Source: Nitrospirales bacterium
Lineage (GTDB): Bacteria > Nitrospirota > Nitrospiria > Nitrospirales > UBA8639
Direction: 5' to 3'
DNA: 64,000 nucleotides
Assembly (NCBI GenBank): GCA_963422365.1
Contig: OY729426.1
Span: 224,001 to 288,000 of the forward strand
The notes below the pieces were generated by a model, which had not been told where the DNA came from, made no database searches, and saw only the letters and a list, made by a program, of their open reading frames with translations. How positions within the stretch are numbered: position 1 is the first letter of the stretch; the number at the start of each line of letters is the position of its first letter. A program made the translations under genes and the position numbers. Shown piece by piece: positions 1 through 9,214 of this stretch.

Positions 1-2512
1 CGGACTTGATGCGGTCCATCATGGTGGCAAACATGTCAAACCCTTCTCGTTTATACTCTGCAAGCGGATCTTTCTGTCCATAGCCTCTGAGCCCAATGCC
101 GTCTCGGAGTTGATCCATTCCGAGGAGGTGTTCCTTCCAATGATGATCAATGACCTGTAACACCAAGCTCCGTTCAAGTTGAGAGTGGATTGTAGAACCG
201 ATTTGTTCTTCCCGTTCCCGTTGTCGTTGCGTAAAAAGTGTCTGGACGCGTTCACGCAATTCATCTCGCAGCCCATCCCGTCCCATTTCCGACATGCCTT
301 CGATCGCCACGACTTCCGTGCCGAATTGCACGAGGGCCGCTTCACGCAACCCTTCCAGGTCCCAGGCTTCGGCATAGGCTTCTTCCGGACAGTAGGTATT
401 GATTAAGGACTCCACAACGTCGACGAGCCAATCCTCCGCATCGGCTTCAATGGAATCTCCCGCAAGGACACCGGCTCGATGGGCATAGATAATTTCCCGC
501 TGTTTATTCATGACATCATCATATTCAAGGATGTGTTTGCGGATCTCAAAATTATGGGCCTCGACTTTTTTCTGTGCGTTCTCAATGGACTTGCTGACCA
601 TCCGATGTTCGATCGGCACGCCCTCTTCCATACCAAGTTTCAACATCAGATTGGAGACCCGTTCAGAAGCAAAAATACGCATCAAATCGTCTTCCAAGGA
701 TAAGAAGAAGCGAGACGACCCCGGATCGCCTTGACGTCCGGACCGGCCTCGAAGCTGATTGTCGATCCGACGACTTTCATGCCGCTCGGTCCCGACGATA
801 TGCAACCCGCCTGACGCCAGCACTTCCTCCTTTTCCGTTTCGCATTGCCGTGTAATTCTTTCAAATGCCGCTTGTTTTTGTTCGTCCGTCAGATCTTCGC
901 CTCGATAAACCACCTGCTGCTTGTATAACGCGTCCGGGTTGCCACCCAAAATAATATCCGTTCCTCGACCGGCCATGTTGGTGGCCAACGTCACTGCGCC
1001 CTTTCCCCCTGCCTGTGAAATAATTTCCGCCTCTTTTTCATGAAACTTGGCATTCAGGACATGGTGTTTCACGCCTTTGTGTTTGAGAATTTTTGAGAGC
1101 CGCTCCGACTTTTCAATGGAAATCGTGCCGACCAGCACAGGTTGCCCCCGTTCATGGTATTCCATGACTTCTTGGGCAATGGCCTCGAATTTTTCTTTTT
1201 CCGTCCGATACACCACATCCGAATGATCTTGTCGAATCATCACACGATTGGTCGGAACGACATTGACATCCAGATTGTAGATTTTAGCAAACTCCGCCGC
1301 TTCCGTATCCGCCGTTCCGGTCATCCCTGCTAACTTTTCATACATCCGAAAATAGTTTTGAAACGTGATGGAAGCCAAGGTTTGATTTTCATTGGCAATT
1401 TTCACGCCCTCCTTAGCTTCGACCGCCTGGTGCAACCCATCACTCCACCGACGGCCCGGCATCAGTCGTCCCGTAAACTCGTCGACGATTTGGACTTCTC
1501 CGTCTTTGACAACGTAATCGACATCGCGTTTATAGATGGCATGAGCCTGTAAGCCTTTGATGACATGGTGAACGATATCAAGGTTTTTAGGGTCATACAG
1601 ATTCTCGCCTACCAACAGGCCATCCGCTGCCAGCATTTTTTCTGCACGGGCGTTACCTTCTTCCGTCAGCGCAACCGTCCTCGATTTTTCTTCAACGAGA
1701 TAGTCCCGTTCGGCACTGAGTCTGGGAATGAGACGATTGATCCGATTGTATAATTCAGTGCTTTGTTCGGCCGGACCGGAGATGATGAGCGGCGTTCGCG
1801 CTTCATCAATCAGGATACTGTCCACCTCATCCACAATCGCGTAAGACAACTCTCGTTGGACTCGTTGGCGAAGATCATTGATGACTAAATTATCCCGAAG
1901 GTAATCAAACCCGAATTCGTTATTGGTGCCATAGGTGATATCGGCACGATACGCTTCCGGCCTTGTACAAGGACGAAGATAATTGAAGCGTTTATCCACT
2001 GCCTCATACTCAGGATCAAACAGAAACGAGGATTCATGCTGAATCACACCAATCGTGCATCCCAACGCATGGTACACGGGGCCCATCCATTGCGTGTCAC
2101 GTTTCGCCAAGTAATCGTTCACCGTCACCAAATGCACGCCTTTCCCCGCCAACGCATTCAAGTACGTGGGAAGGGTGGCGACCAACGTTTTCCCTTCACC
2201 CGTCTTCATTTCCGAAATTTTTCCCGCGTGTAACACCATGCCTCCCACGAGTTGGACGTCAAAGTGGCGCATGCCTGTTTTTCGCAGGGCGGCCTCTCGA
2301 CACGCGGCAAAGGCTTCGGGGAGCAGTGCCTCCAACGTCTCTCCCGCATCAAGGCGCTTTTTGAAAATCTGAGTTTTATCCGTCAGGGCCTCATCCGAAA
2401 GAGACTGCAAGCCAAGCTCCAACTCGTTAATCCTGGACACAATCGGGTGAAGAGCCTTCAGCTCACGATCGTTTTTGCTTCCAAAAAGAAGATTCAGCAG
2501 TCTCAGAAACAT
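1..2512 (-). CDS. secA: Preprotein translocase subunit SecA (C-terminal part runs off the window)
   Basis: Manual minus-strand translation from ATG at 2512 gives [19 protein letters not shown]. It contains [58 protein letters not shown] and GRPGRQGDPG. It is missing from the ORF track because no stop codon lies in the window. Confidence 0.97.
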   Translation of the reverse strand, partial: MFLRLLNLLFGSKNDRELKALHPIVSRINELELGLQSLSDEALTDKTQIFKKRLDAGETLEALLPEAFAACREAALRKTGMRHFDVQLVGGMVLHAGKISEMKTGEGKTLVATLPTYLNALAGKGVHLVTVNDYLAKRDTQWMGPVYHALGCTIGVIQHESSFLFDPEYEAVDKRFNYLRPCTRPEAYRADITYGTNNEFGFDYLRDNLVINDLRQRVQRELSYAIVDEVDSILIDEARTPLIISGPAEQSTELYNRINRLIPRLSAERDYLVEEKSRTVALTEEGNARAEKMLAADGLLVGENLYDPKNLDIVHHVIKGLQAHAIYKRDVDYVVKDGEVQIVDEFTGRLMPGRRWSDGLHQAVEAKEGVKIANENQTLASITFQNYFRMYEKLAGMTGTADTEAAEFAKIYNLDVNVVPTNRVMIRQDHSDVVYRTEKEKFEAIAQEVMEYHERGQPVLVGTISIEKSERLSKILKHKGVKHHVLNAKFHEKEAEIISQAGGKGAVTLATNMAGRGTDIILGGNPDALYKQQVVYRGEDLTDEQKQAAFERITRQCETEKEEVLASGGLHIVGTERHESRRIDNQLRGRSGRQGDPGSSRFFLSLEDDLMRIFASERVSNLMLKLGMEEGVPIEHRMVSKSIENAQKKVEAHNFEIRKHILEYDDVMNKQREIIYAHRAGVLAGDSIEADAEDWLVDVVESLINTYCPEEAYAEAWDLEGLREAALVQFGTEVVAIEGMSEMGRDGLRDELRERVQTLFTQRQREREEQIGSTIHSQLERSLVLQVIDHHWKEHLLGMDQLRDGIGLRGYGQKDPLAEYKREGFDMFATMMDRIKS

Positions 2513-2622
2513 GACCTGATCAAAACCGCTACAAGGGAAGATAAATTTTTCGGAGTTACCACCGACCTCTGTGGGTTAGTAATATACCTGAATGGTTTCG
2601 TGAAGCAACCAAATTGATATTT

Positions 2623-2726
2623 GGCTGCATAAAGATGCAGCCGCTACAGAACCCCTCTTGTAACGGCAACATCATATCACGCCCTATGTCACGCCCTTTT
2701 CCAGCAGCATAAGAGGCTGCGGCTAC
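2623..2726. repeat. Two GTAG-family REP-like palindromes
   Basis: GGCTGCAT-AAAG-ATGCAGCC-GCTAC (2623-2647) and GCAGC-ATAAGAG-GCTGC-GGCTAC (2704-2726). Confidence 0.75.
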
Positions 2727-3029
2727 AAAATATACGCGTGGGCTGAGAAGTAGCTAGACCATCTCATGGCACCCTCGGGAGCAGTTCCGGGGTTTCCATG
2801 CCCGCTTCACGGTTCCGCTACTACAGACCGCATCGGCTTTCGGGCTGGATGAGGGGACCGTTTTTTCAATCACCCGCCGGACGACTTGGCGTGCCATTGC
2901 CAGCATCATAGACAGGGAGAATACATTCAGAAACCGTCGGTACTCCGCACCCGAAGAAGTGCCATGCGATTCCAACCTGTCGGCTAGAAGATCAGGAAAT
3001 TTTACCAAATAGCTCAGTTTGGGCACCTT

Positions 3030-3240
3030 TGGAAACGATTCAACTGCACCTTCCAAGAAAACTTCGTGAACAGTCACGAGGAGTTGCTGTTTGACAACTT
3101 AGCCGGCTTCAACCGCACACTGGCCGAGTGGCTGATCGCCGATAACACCGTCCTGCCACACCATCGCCTCGGCCTGCCATCTCCGCCAAACCTCCTCCTC
3201 CGCCACTAACCCGAGTGCCAAAGCGGTGGCCCCCTACATA
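3030..3240 (+). mobile_element. IS481-family transposase 3' remnant (copy 1)
   Basis: Translates as RFNCTFQENFVNSHEELLFDNLAGFNRTLAEWLIADNTVLPHHRLGLPSP, which resembles the integrase-core C-terminal ERFN...YN..RPH..L...P pattern. Degenerate. Confidence 0.7.
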
Positions 3241-3271
3241 CCATTGACGGGCAGGGTCGTGAAGCAGTAGA

Positions 3272-3566
3272 ATGGAATTCATTACCACGCTCGTCTTCGA
3301 CACGCACAAGGCCATCAAGGCGCTCCAAGAAGCAGGAGCGAACGAGCCTCTAGCCGAAGCCATCGTCGCAACCGTCGGTGAGGCCATGGGCGGAAACGTG
3401 GCAACAAAGGCCGACATTACCGACGTAAAGGCCGAGTTGAGGGCCGATCTTGCTGCAAGACAAAGCCGAACTCGCAGGGTTGGAAGCCCGGTTTTACCGC
3501 CATTTATGGGTCATGGCAGCCAGCATCGTCGGCCTGACGGTCACGCTGGTGAAGCTGCTTCCCTGA
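3272..3566 (+). pseudogene. DUF1640/CCDC90-like coiled-coil membrane protein, frameshifted
   Basis: FDTHKAIKALQEAG...ATKADITDVKAEL continues after a shift near 3458 as DKAELAGLEARFYRHLWVMAASIVGLTVTLVKLLP*. Confidence 0.7.
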
Positions 3567-3649
3567 GCGCACGCGTCGACACCAGTTGGCCAGTTTCGCG
3601 CCACCAGGGTTCGCTGACACAGCAAGCGCCAATCTTACAAGTATGACTC

Positions 3650-3939
3650 CACACGATGCCAACACCGCCTGACTGAGTGCGGCCAGACTCACTGTTGGAC
3701 CTATTCCAGATGCCTCGACGTGAATGCTTACGCCGAACGGTTCAACTACACGATCCAAGAAAATTTCATGGACGATCACGAGGCGTGGCTCTTTAGCAAC
3801 TGAACCGGCTTCCACCGCAACCCGGCAGAGTGGCTGATCGCTTCACAAACCGTCCTGCCCACCATCGCCACGGCCTGTCGTCTCCACTAAACGGCCCCAG
3901 CCACCACCAACCCGAAGGCCCAAGGTCGTGGCCACATAC
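3650..3939 (+). mobile_element. IS481-family transposase 3' remnant (copy 2)
   Basis: HCWTYSRCLDVNAYAERFNYTIQENFMDDHEAWLF...AEWLIA...HHRHGLSSP. It is a degenerate direct repeat of 3030-3240 and ends in ...CATACA. Confidence 0.7.
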
Positions 3940-4167
3940 AAGGGGGTTGATATTTCATTCTTCAGATGGTAGAGAACACCTTCTCTGCTTTCGTAAAACA
4001 ATCCCATATTTCGGGAAACTCTTCACGCAAATTCGCCACCTCCATGTCTTTTCTTCATTTCTCGAAGATCGAATCATTTGCTTCTCCACCTAGCAACCAC
4101 TGCCGAGAAAGGCCGCGAACCTTGAGGACTCCTCAAATCCTCGGTTGAAAACACAGGCACTCTCTCA

Positions 4168-4758
4168 ATGGCTTCCGTCTACCACAAATTTTTAGGCGTG
4201 ATTGTCGGATTTTTGATGGGATGTCTGTGCGCCACCCCATCAACCGGAGCACCAGACTTTTCGGACGAACCAATCGAAACCCTGGCGGTCATTGAAGTTC
4301 CTGCCACGGCCATCCTCGAAGAGAAACAACACCTCGTTATCCCCAAACCAGAACACGCGTATCTGCTGCCATTGCCGTTCAATGGCCTCATACCCGCCAC
4401 GATCACGAAAGCGATCACCGTCCCTCAAAACCCTCTTAAAAAAATCGTGCGAGACTCTACCGGGGACCGCAAAGGAGTTCGGAAACCAGTCAGACCAATC
4501 AAAGCCGAACGTCCCCCGTATCCGCAAGTTGCCCGCAAGCGAGGGTGGGAAGGGACGGTCGTGGTACGGCTCACCGTCAACAAAGAAGGATTCGCGGAAC
4601 GGATTACAACACAGAAAAGCTCGGGGTTCCCCAGCCTTGACGAGAGTGCCACGCAGGCTGTCAAAACATGGCGATTCGATCCGGCAAAGGATGGAGAGTT
4701 TCCCATTCCCGTCACGGTTGACCTGCCGATCAGATTCGACCTAGAGGAACAACAGTAA
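4168..4758 (+). CDS. TonB C-terminal domain protein with N-terminal signal/anchor
   Basis: PYPQVARKRGWEGTVVVRLTV...SSGFPSLDESATQAVKTWRFDPA...PIRF. Confidence 0.85.
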   Translation: MASVYHKFLGVIVGFLMGCLCATPSTGAPDFSDEPIETLAVIEVPATAILEEKQHLVIPKPEHAYLLPLPFNGLIPATITKAITVPQNPLKKIVRDSTGDRKGVRKPVRPIKAERPPYPQVARKRGWEGTVVVRLTVNKEGFAERITTQKSSGFPSLDESATQAVKTWRFDPAKDGEFPIPVTVDLPIRFDLEEQQ

Positions 4759-5834
4759 TGCTGAACGGTAAAGGAGATATGATGAATAGCCGACAATGGC
4801 GCACTCTTCACATCGGAGTCTTGGTTCTTACGCTGTGTGGCAGTCTGTCCTTCACGAGTTGGGCAGATCAGGCGCAAACCTCCTATAACCAAGCCCTCAC
4901 CCACCTGCACCAACAAAAGTTCAAACAAGCCGCCGCGTCGCTGGAAGAGGCATTGCAGGTGTTTCCTCGTTTTGCGGCCGCGCATCATCTCCTTGGGGTG
5001 GTTTCCTTTAATGGCTTGCAGCAACCCAAAAAGGCGCTCACCCACCTGAAACAAGCCGTGGCCCTGCATCCCAATTTCGCGCGGGCGTATCTGGATTTGG
5101 GGTTGGTGTATCACCATCAGCGCAAGCTGGAGGACGCCAAACAAGCGATCCAACACGCCCTGGACATTTATCCGAATTTCCCCGAGGCGCAACTGAATTT
5201 GGCCTTTGTGTACGAGCAACTGGGGTCACGGGAGCAAGCAATCGAGGCCTATCATGCCGCACTGATCTTAAGTCCCCATGAACCCACTGCCCTGTATAAT
5301 CTTGCGACCCTCTATGACCGGCAGGGGGACACAGCCAAAGCCAAACAACAACTTGATGCCTTGACACATCTCACGCCCACGGATGCCAAGGCATGGGTGT
5401 TGCTGGCCCAACTGGCGGAGAAAGCCAATAATCCCGCACAGGCGATCGAATCCTACAAAAAGGCCCTCCAAACGAATCCGGATTTACTGGATGCCCATTA
5501 TGACTTAGGGTTTCTCTTGCAAGCGCAAGCCCACCCGCAGGACGCGGCAGCGCACTTCCGCGAAGTGCTGCGCCTCAACCCTAACCACGCCGAAGCGCAT
5601 CTCAATTTGGGCGTGCTCTTGGCGAATCTGAACCATCTCGACCAAGCCGAGCAAGAATATTTAGCCGCCTTGTCCTTGAACCCCAAATTGGTCGAGGGGC
5701 ATTACAACCTGGGGGTGTTTTATGAGTTCCATCGCAAGGATACGACGCGTGCCCTTAGTCACTACCGCAAATATGTCGACCTGGGCGGCCAAGACGAACG
5801 CGTGAGCAACTTGCTGAAGAAAACCGATTCATGA
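4758..5834 (+). CDS. Exported TPR-repeat protein
   Basis: Signal peptide followed by about 9 TPR units (e.g. AYLDLGLVY, AHYDLGFLL, AHLNLGVLL). Confidence 0.9.
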   Translation: MLNGKGDMMNSRQWRTLHIGVLVLTLCGSLSFTSWADQAQTSYNQALTHLHQQKFKQAAASLEEALQVFPRFAAAHHLLGVVSFNGLQQPKKALTHLKQAVALHPNFARAYLDLGLVYHHQRKLEDAKQAIQHALDIYPNFPEAQLNLAFVYEQLGSREQAIEAYHAALILSPHEPTALYNLATLYDRQGDTAKAKQQLDALTHLTPTDAKAWVLLAQLAEKANNPAQAIESYKKALQTNPDLLDAHYDLGFLLQAQAHPQDAAAHFREVLRLNPNHAEAHLNLGVLLANLNHLDQAEQEYLAALSLNPKLVEGHYNLGVFYEFHRKDTTRALSHYRKYVDLGGQDERVSNLLKKTDS

Positions 5835-6730
5835 GTCACGTTGTCTCTTTGTCCATGGCTCAGCATGACTCGTCTTTTTGGGGATTCGGGGCTGGGTCTG
5901 TCATGCTGCACCTCGGCACCCTCGGGATATGCAGTCTTCTGTACGTCACGGCTCCCGTGGAAAAACCCAAGCATCTGGTGAACATCACGCTCCTGGAAAC
6001 ACCGGCACCTGTTTCAAAAGACATTCAGGCCGACGTTCCGCCCATGCGCCCCACTCAACAACCGGCCAAGCCTAGCCAACCGCTTAGGCCTGCGCCTCAA
6101 CAACTTCGTCTTCCCCCTGAACAGCACCAACTGACCAGGGTTCTCCCCGAATCGCGCACACCGCGCCAAGCTCGGCCCCCATTGACACGTCGTATTCTTC
6201 ACGACCAACGCGCCATTGACACCTTACGCCTCAACCATTTTACAAAAGTCGCAGCGCGCCGTACTCCCCATCCGGCGAGCACCAAGGTCCACACACCGGT
6301 ATTGGCTCTATCGGCAACGCCACCCATCATGCCCACGGGAATCTCGACGCCTCTGGCTCCCTCGACCCCTTCTGGAGAAACCTCGACGGAGGCGTTGCTC
6401 ACACAACCTAAACTGTTACGGTCGGCCCCTATGGAATCCAAAGGGCACTTAAAGTCAGGAGTGGGACTGGGCCACACTATTCCCCCGGTGTATCCCAGAG
6501 TTGCTCAAAAGGCTGGCTGGGAAGGAACCGTGACCGTTCGCGCGGTGGTACAACCGGATGGCCGACCAGACCCTGTCACCGTGCAAAAAAGCAGCGGGCA
6601 TACGATATTAGATGAAACTGCCGTGAAAGCGGTGAAAACATGGCAATTTCGGCCTGCCCGCGATGGGAACATCCCTGTTCGCAGCACCGTGGAGATTCCC
6701 ATTCGTTTTGATTTAAGACAACAAAGATAA
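5831..6730 (+). CDS. tonB: Energy transducer TonB
   Basis: Transmembrane segment with SVMLH (S-x3-H), Pro-rich linker and C-terminal YPRVAQKAGWEGTV...SSG domain. Confidence 0.88.
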   Translation: MSHVVSLSMAQHDSSFWGFGAGSVMLHLGTLGICSLLYVTAPVEKPKHLVNITLLETPAPVSKDIQADVPPMRPTQQPAKPSQPLRPAPQQLRLPPEQHQLTRVLPESRTPRQARPPLTRRILHDQRAIDTLRLNHFTKVAARRTPHPASTKVHTPVLALSATPPIMPTGISTPLAPSTPSGETSTEALLTQPKLLRSAPMESKGHLKSGVGLGHTIPPVYPRVAQKAGWEGTVTVRAVVQPDGRPDPVTVQKSSGHTILDETAVKAVKTWQFRPARDGNIPVRSTVEIPIRFDLRQQR

Positions 6731-6760
6731 TTTCACATTCAACGAAGGATTGACTCCCAC

Positions 6761-7366
6761 ATGATAGATATTCTTATGGCGGGTGGATGGATGATGGTAC
6801 CGCTACTTGTCTGTTCGATCGTCGCCGTGGCCGTTGTTCTTGAGCGGAGCTGGTATTTTTACCAATTACCCGCGGCCAATAAGGCCGATGACATGCTAAA
6901 GTTGGTGACACAAGGGAAATTCAACGACGCACTGGCATTCCACGAACGTACCCCGCATCCCGTGCTTCGCGTCTTGGCGTCCGGCGTTCTCTCGCGCACC
7001 CGCGCGCCGGAGAAGGCCATGGAAGCGGCCGGCATTGCAGAAGTGACCGTCATGAAACGTGGCCTTGCCGGGTTAGACACCATCATTACGCTCGCTCCGT
7101 TACTGGGATTATTAGGCACCATTATCGGCATGATCGATTCATTTAGCATCATGGCCGATCAGGGCATTGGCCAACCGCACGCCGTCACGGGAGGCGTAGC
7201 AGAGGCGTTAATTTGCACAGCCACCGGCATCTTCGTTGCCGTGATTGCCTTGGTCCCCTACAACTATTTCCTCGCACGAATTGAACGGCTGACCGAACAC
7301 ATCGAACGCTACGCCACGCTCACCGAATCGGCCCTGCAAGAAACAGGGACCATCTTCTCTCCATGA
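6761..7366 (+). CDS. exbB: MotA/TolQ/ExbB proton channel protein
   Basis: APLLGLLGTIIGMI...GGVAEALICTATG. Confidence 0.92.
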   Translation: MIDILMAGGWMMVPLLVCSIVAVAVVLERSWYFYQLPAANKADDMLKLVTQGKFNDALAFHERTPHPVLRVLASGVLSRTRAPEKAMEAAGIAEVTVMKRGLAGLDTIITLAPLLGLLGTIIGMIDSFSIMADQGIGQPHAVTGGVAEALICTATGIFVAVIALVPYNYFLARIERLTEHIERYATLTESALQETGTIFSP

Positions 7367-7770
7367 AACTGCCTGCCGACACGAAGAAAAAAACCCGCAT
7401 TGAAATCATTCCCATGATCGACACCATGTTTTTCCTCTTGGTGTTTTTCATGATCGCCACGCTGTCCATGACCCTCCAACAAGGCATGCCGGTGAACTTG
7501 CCTACGGCCAGCACCGCGGCCGACGAGCTCCCCGACCAAGTCTCCCTCACGCTCACGAAAACAGGGGAGTTATTCTTTAACAAAGAACCGATTTCGGTCA
7601 TCGAACTGGAAACGCGTCTGCAACAGGTTCTGGAACAACAGGGCACCCCGGCGGTGATCATCAATGCCGATGAAGACGTCTTGCATGGTCGTGTGATAGA
7701 AGTCATGGATGCCGTGAGAAAAAGCGGCATTCCCAATATGGCGATTGCAACCAAACCGGAATCCCCATAG
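7363..7770 (+). CDS. exbD: ExbD/TolR protein
   Basis: IEIIPMIDTMFFLLVFFMI...INADEDV. Confidence 0.92.
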   Translation: MKLPADTKKKTRIEIIPMIDTMFFLLVFFMIATLSMTLQQGMPVNLPTASTAADELPDQVSLTLTKTGELFFNKEPISVIELETRLQQVLEQQGTPAVIINADEDVLHGRVIEVMDAVRKSGIPNMAIATKPESP

Positions 7771-7859
7771 GGCCCTCTCCGGCGCACCCCGCACCTTTTC
7801 CGAACAATGTTGTTTGCTCTTTGCTTGGCCAGAGGGAAGGTCTGATCTGATTAAAAAAA

Positions 7860-7935
7860 TGGTGGGTCGTACAGGGATCGAACCTGTGGCCCGCTGATTA
7901 AGAGTCAGCTGCTCTACCAGCTGAGCTAACGACCC
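7860..7935 (-). tRNA. tRNA-Lys(CTT)
   Basis: Reverse complement GGGTCGTTAGCTCAGCTGGTAGAGCAGCTGACT-CTT-AATCAGCGGGCCACAGGTTCGATCCCTGTACGACCCACCA. Confidence 0.97.
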
Positions 7936-7967
7936 ACTCAAGAGGTAAGATGTCGCACATAATGGTA

Positions 7968-8043
7968 TGGCGCGCCTGGCAGGATTTGAACCTGCGGCAC
8001 CTGGCTCCGGAGGCCAGTGCTCTATCCACTGAGCTACAGGCGC
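7968..8043 (-). tRNA. tRNA-Arg(CCG)
   Basis: Reverse complement GCGCCTGTAGCTCAGTGGATAGAGCACTGGCCT-CCG-GAGCCAGGTGCCGCAGGTTCAAATCCTGCCAGGCGCGCCA. Confidence 0.97.
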
Positions 8044-8181
8044 TTTCTCTTTCTCAACCCCGGTCAGTTCAAGACTGAAACGCCTAGAGCGACGCTACCA
8101 TCTTTGGATGACGGTTGTCTAGGGTAAGGCTCATGGCGCGTTTTCCGTTGGCCACATGAAGCATGGCCTTCTCTTGCTGTT

Positions 8182-8250
8182 GTAGGTCGGGGTAGCGAAA
8201 GCGTAACCCGACAGAACGGAATGGTTGGATTACGCTGCGATCCAACCTAC
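8182..8250. repeat. Inverted REP doublet (second GTAG family)
   Basis: GTAGGTCGGGGTAGCGAAAGCGTAACCCGAC...GTTGGATTACGCTGCGATCCAACCTAC. Confidence 0.8.
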
Positions 8251-8311
8251 ATAGCTGGTTTCCCGATGACAAACGTCGGGAATGATAAGAGCTGACTCGA
8301 TCAACATCCCG

Positions 8312-9208
8312 TTAATCACACGGAAGTTTTTCGTCGGTGGTGTCTTTAGTGGCTTTGATGACAAAGCCACCTTCATCCACGACAGCATCGGGTTCTTCTA
8401 AAACAACTTCAAGTAAGAGTTTGACGCCTTCCTGGGTCAACCCATTGGATGGCGCAAGAAACCGTTTGTGCGCCACTTGTCGTTCCTCTGGATCATCCGG
8501 TTCGTAATATCCGAGTAATGCTCCGCTCGTATTGGCCTGTGACAGGAGCCCCGCCCAATCATTGATCAGGGGATCGGTCCATGGGCCAATCCCTTTGACC
8601 GTACGATGCTGTTCCAACTTTGTCCAAATCTGCCATCCGACAAACACCGCCCAGGTTTCGTTTAATACTTCCCAGGCATCTTCTTCGGAAAGAAAGCGGA
8701 TTTCGGTCGTATCCCGACGTTGACGAATCGGGTTAATGCGCACAAAACGATAATGACAGCGCATGTGCTCTTGGGCAGAAGCCAGGATTCGAGTCGCGTC
8801 GGAGCTCAACGTCTCAGGACCAGGACCATTGAAAATGTAATCAAGATAAGAATGGAGCAGTTCGTGATACAAGAGACTAATATCATGGTGGGTCATACGA
8901 TCTAAATCCATCAACGCCCCACCGGCTTTATTGAACGACAACCGCAGGTTCAAAATCATGCGATGATCTTCGGGATGATATTCGGCGGCATAGGTGCGCA
9001 GATCTTCAAACGCCACCGTGACAAAATGGGGATCGATTTCCTTGAGGAAACCTGTCGGCAACCCTAAGGCCTCGGCCTGCACAATGAGATTCTCCCAGGT
9101 ATGGACGGTCCTGTTTGAGCCGTCGGCACGGGGAACAAACTTGGTCAGACCCAGCACCAGTCCCAATAACAGAATGGCCACAATCCATTTGAAGGCTCCC
9201 TGCATCAC
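8312..9208 (-). CDS. Exported hypothetical protein with HExxH zinc-metallopeptidase-like motif
   Basis: N-terminal hydrophobic helix, LLYHELLHSY, downstream LNETWA. Confidence 0.7.
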   Translation of the reverse strand: MMQGAFKWIVAILLLGLVLGLTKFVPRADGSNRTVHTWENLIVQAEALGLPTGFLKEIDPHFVTVAFEDLRTYAAEYHPEDHRMILNLRLSFNKAGGALMDLDRMTHHDISLLYHELLHSYLDYIFNGPGPETLSSDATRILASAQEHMRCHYRFVRINPIRQRRDTTEIRFLSEEDAWEVLNETWAVFVGWQIWTKLEQHRTVKGIGPWTDPLINDWAGLLSQANTSGALLGYYEPDDPEERQVAHKRFLAPSNGLTQEGVKLLLEVVLEEPDAVVDEGGFVIKATKDTTDEKLPCD

Positions 9209-9214
9209 GGCTGT

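Noticed and set aside
19..2617. Numerous short ORFs in the track over 1-2.6 kb
   Set aside because: They are shadows of secA on the minus strand, which the track omits for lack of a stop codon.
7570..7941. 123-aa ORF starting MSGSLAQLVEQ
   Set aside because: It is a translation of tRNA-Lys and antisense exbD.
7860..8043. tRNA genes as island attachment sites
   Set aside because: No duplicated tRNA 3' ends or integrase were noticed near any of the four tRNAs.
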